Below, piece after piece: positions 35,980 to 41,984 of a stretch of DNA of 41,984 bases (positions are counted from its first letter, which is position 1; each line of letters starts with the position of its first letter). The notes beneath the pieces were generated by a model. That model ran no database searches, was not told the origin of the DNA, and saw nothing but the letters and a program-made list of their open reading frames with translations. A program made the position numbers and the translations under genes. The DNA is taken from NCBI GenBank assembly GCA_032718475.1, contig JAUCBJ010006875.1, positions 1 to 41,984 on the forward strand, read 5' to 3'. Source of the DNA: Nemertoderma westbladi. Taxonomy: Eukaryota; Animalia; Xenacoelomorpha.

Positions 35980-36293
35980 ATCCTCTCATGATTCTCCGGA
36001 GGAATAATAAACTTGCGGTCCTCGTAGCTTGGCTGTTTAAACTCTTCCATTTCGCGACCAAATAATCGCTTATACGCCGTTTCACCGGGACGCTGTGAAT
36101 GTGTGGCGGGGTCTGTATAGCCGTTAATATCGAGTTTATTCGAGTACGCGAGTTTTCTGTTCGAGTTGACATCGCAGCCAAACAGAGACGCGTTTCGTGG
36201 ACTCAATTGGGCCTCCAATACCTTGGCGTCGTGCTTCAAGTCCGTTAACTTTTCTTCTATATCCCGAGACATAAATCTTTCGTCGGCGATCGC
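35978..36293 (-). CDS. Putative coding exon of the same unidentified gene
   Basis: Open frame AIADERFMSRDIEEKLTDLKHDAK..PPENHERI; acceptor tattttatgtctgtaAG at 36294, donor TAG|GTAATA at 35978|35977 (phase 1, compatible with the next exon). Confidence 0.5.
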
Positions 36294-36631
36294 CTTACAG
36301 ACATAAAATACATTTTAAATATAGTCATGGATACCTTTTTCGGTAAAGCATAAACGGATACGTGAATATTTCCACATAGACTAAGTATAGAATCAATTAT
36401 TGGGGTAATAGTATATGAAATATAACTCTATTTCTAGAATGGATTTTATTTAAATTGCAATGATAACATTAACGGTTTTAATTTGTTTGGGATGTGATGT
36501 ATTATTATGTTTTTACTGATTACCAGCGAGAGTCCGGGTATTAAAGTAAATTTGAATGTATGTATGCAAGATAACTCATCAATACAGACAGACACACAAC
36601 CACACTAGCAAACTTTATAGATAGTAAGTAA

Positions 36632-37147
36632 TAGGGATATGGCGAATGTCCGCATCCGCATCCGCATCTGCGTATATCCGCATGATTTTTCGCATTCGCA
36701 TTCGCATCCGCACCTTGGCATGCGGATGTGATATGCGGATGTTACATGCACTATTCAAGCATCCTGTCTGAAGGCCCAGCAACCACTCAATTAAATTTTC
36801 AATAATAATTACTTTTTCCCTTATGAAATTTGTTTTATTTTATAAAAAAATTATAATACTAAAAATACACTAACACTCGACGGGAACAATATAACAAATG
36901 TATGTTGTATTATTGTTTTGTTATATTATGTCCCATTCTGTTCTATAACCTTAGACTCTTGTTAGTTTATTAATATAAGATTAGAATATAATATTAAAAT
37001 GCTGGTATAACCTTGATGTAAAAGGGCGGCCACGCAAAAATATATATGTTTTAATAGACATCCGCATCCGCATCCGCATCCGTACGGATGTCACCTCAGA
37101 CATCTGCATCCGCGGATGTTAAAAATATGACATTCGCAACATCCCTA
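36632..37147. mobile_element. hAT-type MITE (516 bp)
   Basis: TIRs TAGGGATATGGCGAATGTC / GACATTCGCAACATCCCTA (17/19 match); 8-bp TSD GTAAGTAA at 36624-36631 and 37148-37155; subterminal (GCATCC)n repeats; AT-rich core. Confidence 0.88.
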
Positions 37148-37451
37148 GTAAGTAATAGAGTTGACCGTGATTCAGTAAAAAAACAGCCAAAAAAAATAAT
37201 AAGTACAATGTAATAAAAAATAGAAATACGCATGATTATTACTCATCCATGTCATAAAGGTACAAAGTAATAGCACGTGAGAAATAACATATGGGAGATT
37301 AATAAATATCTACGAGGACCCAGTGATATATTCTACGATATAAGATGACAGTGCTGAGTTCCAACACAACTACTTACTACTACACCTACACCACACACTA
37401 CAACACTTAGATAATTAATTACATTAATACTCGGTAAGGGAGAGAATCGCC

Positions 37452-38225
37452 GATTGATTGATTGATTGATTTATTTATTTTCCCAAATAATACATAAATA
37501 TAACAAATACATTACATAATTCACAATAAAATGGGCAGGAAGACTGCTTAGTAGCATAGTGCTAGTTAGCGCAGTATCCTGTTAGGTACCGGAATATATA
37601 ATACATAAATTGGGTAGATACATCTTACGTTAATGTGCAAGCAACTACAGGGGTTACATACATGTAGGATCCCAATACCCAACCCACCAGTGCACCCAGT
37701 TCCCCTATCGTTGGTCAATCGACCCCCTCCCACACACCGTTGTTGCTACGTAGACCTCCTTACGATCCCTCTGTTATAAATGTTAAAAAAAAAAAAAAAA
37801 AAAAAAATTTATTTTTACTTTTTATTTATTTTTATTTTTATAGATCGCTGCTCTCCGATGACATTAGTTTTAATTTCATATTTTTTATAAACATTTTCCT
37901 ACTTTTGATTTCTCTCAGTTTAGGTGATATGTTGTTCCAAAGAGATGGTCCGACAAAAGAGATAGATCGCTGCCCAACGACTAAATTAGCACGAGGAATA
38001 AAGAATAAATTTTGTGATTTTGATCTTGTACCATAACGATGAACATCACCTACCAATAAAAATTGATTTGATAATTCAGTTTTCTCATAGTTGTAGAATA
38101 CACTGTGCATAAAGGCTGCTACTTGAAGTGAGTGCAAATGTTGAACGGGTAATATTTTTAAACTTTGATATAACGGAAAGGAGTGCGCAAGACGGTCAGA
38201 AAAGGTAATGCATCTTAAGATTTTA
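37452..38225 (-). mobile_element. 5'-truncated L2-group (Crack/Daphne-like) LINE 3' end
   Basis: 'HRYGTRSK..FIPRANLVVGQRSISFVGPSLWNNISPKLREIKSRKMFIKNMK' is a typical ORF2 C-terminus; 3'UTR ends in AATAAA/(ATCA)n at about 37480-37452. Clade tentative. Confidence 0.7.
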
Positions 38226-38304
38226 TTAATTTTTTGTCTTACTTTTTTTATCAGAGAGGAGGTCGCCGAGGGTCATTGAGATCCGTCAATATACTATGGG
38301 AAAT

Positions 38305-41300
38305 CCTATCTGCTACCCGAAGGTAGGGGTGGGCGCTACTCCTATCTGCTACACGAGGGTAGGGGTGGGCGCTACTCCTATCTGCTACCCGAAGGTAGGG
38401 GTGGGCGCTACTCCTATCTGCTACCCGAAGGTAGGGGTGGGCGCTACTCCTATCTGCTACCCGAAGGTAGGGGTGGGCGCTACTCCTATCTGCTACCTGA
38501 AGGTAGGGGTGGGCGCCACTCCTATCTGCTACCCGAGGGTAGGGATGGGCGCTACTCCTATCTGCTACCCGAAGGTAGGGGTGGGCGCTACTCCTATCTG
38601 CTACCTGAAGGTAGGGGTGGGCGCCACTCCTATCTGCTACCCGAGGGTAGGGATGGGCGCTACTCCTATCTGCTACCCGAAGGTAGGGGTGGGCGCTACT
38701 CCTATCTGCTACCCGAAGGTTGGGGTGGGCGCTACTCCTATCTGCTACCTGAAGGTAGGGGTGGGCGCCACTCCTATCTGCTACCCGAGGGTACGGATGG
38801 GCGCTACTCCTATCTGCTACCCGAAGGTAGGGGTGGGCGCTACTCCTATCTGCTACCCGAAGGTTGGGGTGGGCGCTACTCCTATCTGCCACCCGAGGGT
38901 AGGGGTGGGCGCTACTCCTATCTGCTACCCGGAGGTAAAGGTAGGGGTGTGTGCTACTCCTATCTGCTACACGAAGGTAGGGGTGGGCGCCACTCCTATC
39001 TGCTACCCGAAGGTAGGGGTGGGCGCTACTCCTATCTGCTACCCGAGGGTAGGGGTGGGCGCTACTCCTATCTGCTACACGAAGGTAGGGGTGGACGCTA
39101 CTCCTATCTGCTACCCGAGGGTAGGGGTGGGCGCTACTCCTATCTGCTACCCAAGGGTAGGGGTGGGCGGTACTCCTATCTGCTACCTGAAGGTAGGGGT
39201 GGGCGCTACTCCTATCTGCTACCTGAAGGTAGGGGTGGGCGCTACTCCTTTATCTGCTACCTGAAGGTAGGGGTGGGCGCTACTCCTATCTGCTACACGA
39301 GGGTAGGGGTGGGCGCTACTCCTATCTGCTACCCGAGGGTAGGGGAGGGCGCTACTCCTATCTGCTACCCGAGGGTAGGGGTGGGCGCTACTCCTATCTG
39401 CTACCTGAAGGTAGGGGTGGGCGCTACTCCTATCTGCTACACGAGGGTAGGGGTGGGCGCTACTCCTATCTGCTACCCGAAGGTAGGGGTGGGCGCCACT
39501 CCTATCTGCTACCCGAGGGTAGGGGTGGGCGCTACTCCTATCTGCTACCTGAAGGTAGGGGTGGGCGCTACTCCTATCTGCTACACGAGGGTAGGGGTGG
39601 GCGCTACTCCTATCTGCTACATGAAGGTAGGGGTGGACGTTACTCCTATCTGCTACACGAGGGTAGGGGTGGGCGCTACTCCTATCTGCTACCCGAGGGT
39701 AGGGGAGGGCGCTACTCCTATCTGCTACCCGAGGGTAGGGGTGGGCGCTACTCCTATCTGCTACCTGAAGGTAGGGGTGGGCGCTACTCCTATCTGCTAC
39801 CCGAGGGTAGGGGTGGGCGCCACTCCTATCTGCTACCCGAGGGTAGGGGTGGGCGCTACTCCTATCTGCTACCTGAAGGTAGGGGTGGGCGCTACTCCTA
39901 TCTGCTACCTGAAGGTAGGGGTGGGCGCTACTCCTATCTGCTACACGAGGGTAGGGGTGGGCGCTACTCCTATCTGCTACCCGAAGGTAGGGGTGGGCGC
40001 CACTCCTATCTGCTACCCGAGGGTATGGGTGGGCGCCACTCCTATCTGCTACCCGAGGGTAGGGGTGGGTGCTACTCCTATCTGCTACCCGAGGGTATGG
40101 GTGGGCGCCACTCCTATCTGCTACCCGAGGGTAGGGGTGGGCGCTACTCCTATCTGCTACCCGAGGGTATGGGTGGGCGCCACTCCTATCTGCTACCCGA
40201 GGGTAGGGGTGGGTGCTACTCCTATCTGCTACCTGAAGGTAGGGGTGGGCGCTACTCCTATCTGCTACCCGAGGGTAGGGGTGGGTGCTACTCCTATCTG
40301 CTACCCGAGGGTATGGGTGGGCGCCACTCCTATCTGCTACCCGAGGGTAGGGGTGGGTGCTACTCCTATCTGCTACCCAAGGGTAGGGGTGGGCGGTACT
40401 CCTATCTGCTACCTGAAGGTAGGGGTGGGCGCTACTCCTATCTGCTACCTGAAGGTAGGGGTGGGCGCTACTCCTTTATCTGCTACCTGAAGGTAGGGGT
40501 GGGCGCTACTCCTATCTGCTACACGAGGGTAGGGGTGGGCGCTACTCCTATCTGCTACCCGAGGGTAGGGGAGGGCGCTACTCCTATCTGCTACCCGAGG
40601 GTAGGGGTGGGCGCTACTCCTATCTGCTACCTGAAGGTAGGGGTGGGCGCCACTCCTATCTGCTACCCGAGGGTAGGGGTGGGCGCTACTCCTATCTGCT
40701 ACCCGAGGGTATGGGTGGGCGCCACTCCTATCTGCTACCCGAGGGTAGGGGTGGGTGCTACTCCTATCTGCTACCCGAGGGTAGGGGTGGGCGCTACTCC
40801 TATCTGCTACCCGAGGGTAGGGGTGGGCGCTACTCCTATCTGCTACCCGAGGGTATGGGTGGGCGCCACTCCTATCTGCTACCCGAGGGTAGGGGTGGGT
40901 GCTACTCCTATCTGCTACCCGAGGGTAGGGGTGGGCGCTACTCCTATCTGCTACCCGAGGGTATGGGTGGGCGCCACTCCTATCTGCTACCCGAAGGTAG
41001 GGGTGGGCGCCACTCCTATCTGCTACCCGAGGGTAGGGGTGGGCGCTACTCCTATCTGCTACCTGAAGGTAGGGGTGGGCGCTACTCCTATCTGCTACAC
41101 GAGGGTAGGGGTGGGCGCTACTCCTATCTGCTACATGAAGGTAGGGGTGGACGCTACTCCTATCTGCTACACGAGGGTAGGGGTGGGCGCTACTCCTATC
41201 TGCTACCCGAGGGTAGGGGAGGGCGCTACTCCTATCTGCTACCCGAGGGTAGGGGTGGGCGCTACTCCTATCTGCTACCTGAAGGTAGGGGTGGGCGCTA

Positions 41301-41984
41301 CTCCTATCTGCTACCCGAGGGTAGGGGTGGGCGCCACTCCTATCTGCTACCCGAGGGTAGGGGTGGGCGCTACTCCTATCTGCTACCCGAAGGTAGGGGT
41401 GGGCGCCACTCCTATCTGCTACCCGAGGGTAGGGGTGGGCGCTACTCCTATCTGCTACCCGAAGGTAGGGGTGGGCGCTACTCCTATCTGCTACCCGAGG
41501 GTAGGGGTGGGCGCTACTCCTATCTGCTACCCGAGGGTATGGGTGGGCGCCACTCCTATCTGCTACCCGAGGGTAGGGGTGGGTGCTACTCCTATCTGCT
41601 ACCCGAGGGTAGGGGTGGGCGCTACTCCTATCTGCTACCCGAGGGTAGGGGTGGGCGCTACTCCTATCTGCTACCCGAAGGTAGGGGTGGGCGCTACTCC
41701 TTTATCTGCTACCCGAGGGTAGGGGTGGGCGCTACTCCTATCTGCTACCCGAGGGTAGGGGTGGGCGCTACTCCTATCTGCTACCCGAGGGTAGGGGTGG
41801 GCGCTACTCCTATCTGCTACCCGAGGGTAGGGGTGGGCGCTACTCCTATCTGCTACCCGAGGGTAGGGGTGGGCGCCACTCCTATCTGCTACCCGAGGGT
41901 AGGGGTGGGCGCTACTCCTATCTGCTACCCGAGGGTATGGGTGGGCGCCACTCCTATCTGCTACCCGAGGGTAGGGGTGGGTGC
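38305..41984. repeat. 36-bp minisatellite (CCTATCTGCTACCCGAAGGTAGGGGTGGGCGCTACT), runs off the window end
   Basis: About 102 units. Confidence 0.98.

Noticed and set aside
38243-38293. Small upstream exon (ATG..MTLGDLLSDKK, donor GTAAGA) for the unidentified gene
   Set aside because: Ends in phase 1 whereas the 36293 exon begins in phase 0, and no bridging exon was found.

Overview
AT-rich animal (probably invertebrate) genomic DNA, about 43% occupied by 11 unrelated tandem-repeat arrays (14-68 bp units). These arrays explain most long ORFs in the track, which are artefacts. Real content: (1) a minus-strand PRDM13-type triple C2H2 zinc-finger gene (CDS 7077-6091) with TATA/CCAAT promoter, a non-coding first exon, an eh1 motif and no PR/SET domain; (2) a near-intact CR1-like LINE (about 28660-33300) with one ORF2 frameshift; (3) four fragments of one RTE-like LINE family plus other nested LINE relics; (4) a hAT-type MITE with 8-bp TSD and a Helentron/HINE-like element with ~146-bp repeats; (5) tentative exons of an unidentified minus-strand gene (36293-27557). 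The standout is a ~600-bp non-coding insertion (20678-21273) flanked by a 14-bp TSD. It holds two inverted copies of a minimal type I hammerhead ribozyme, each sitting between tRNA-like Pol III A and B boxes, within a permuted ~343-bp monomer: a retrozyme/SINE-like element. All calls are by eye; no searches or folding programs were run.
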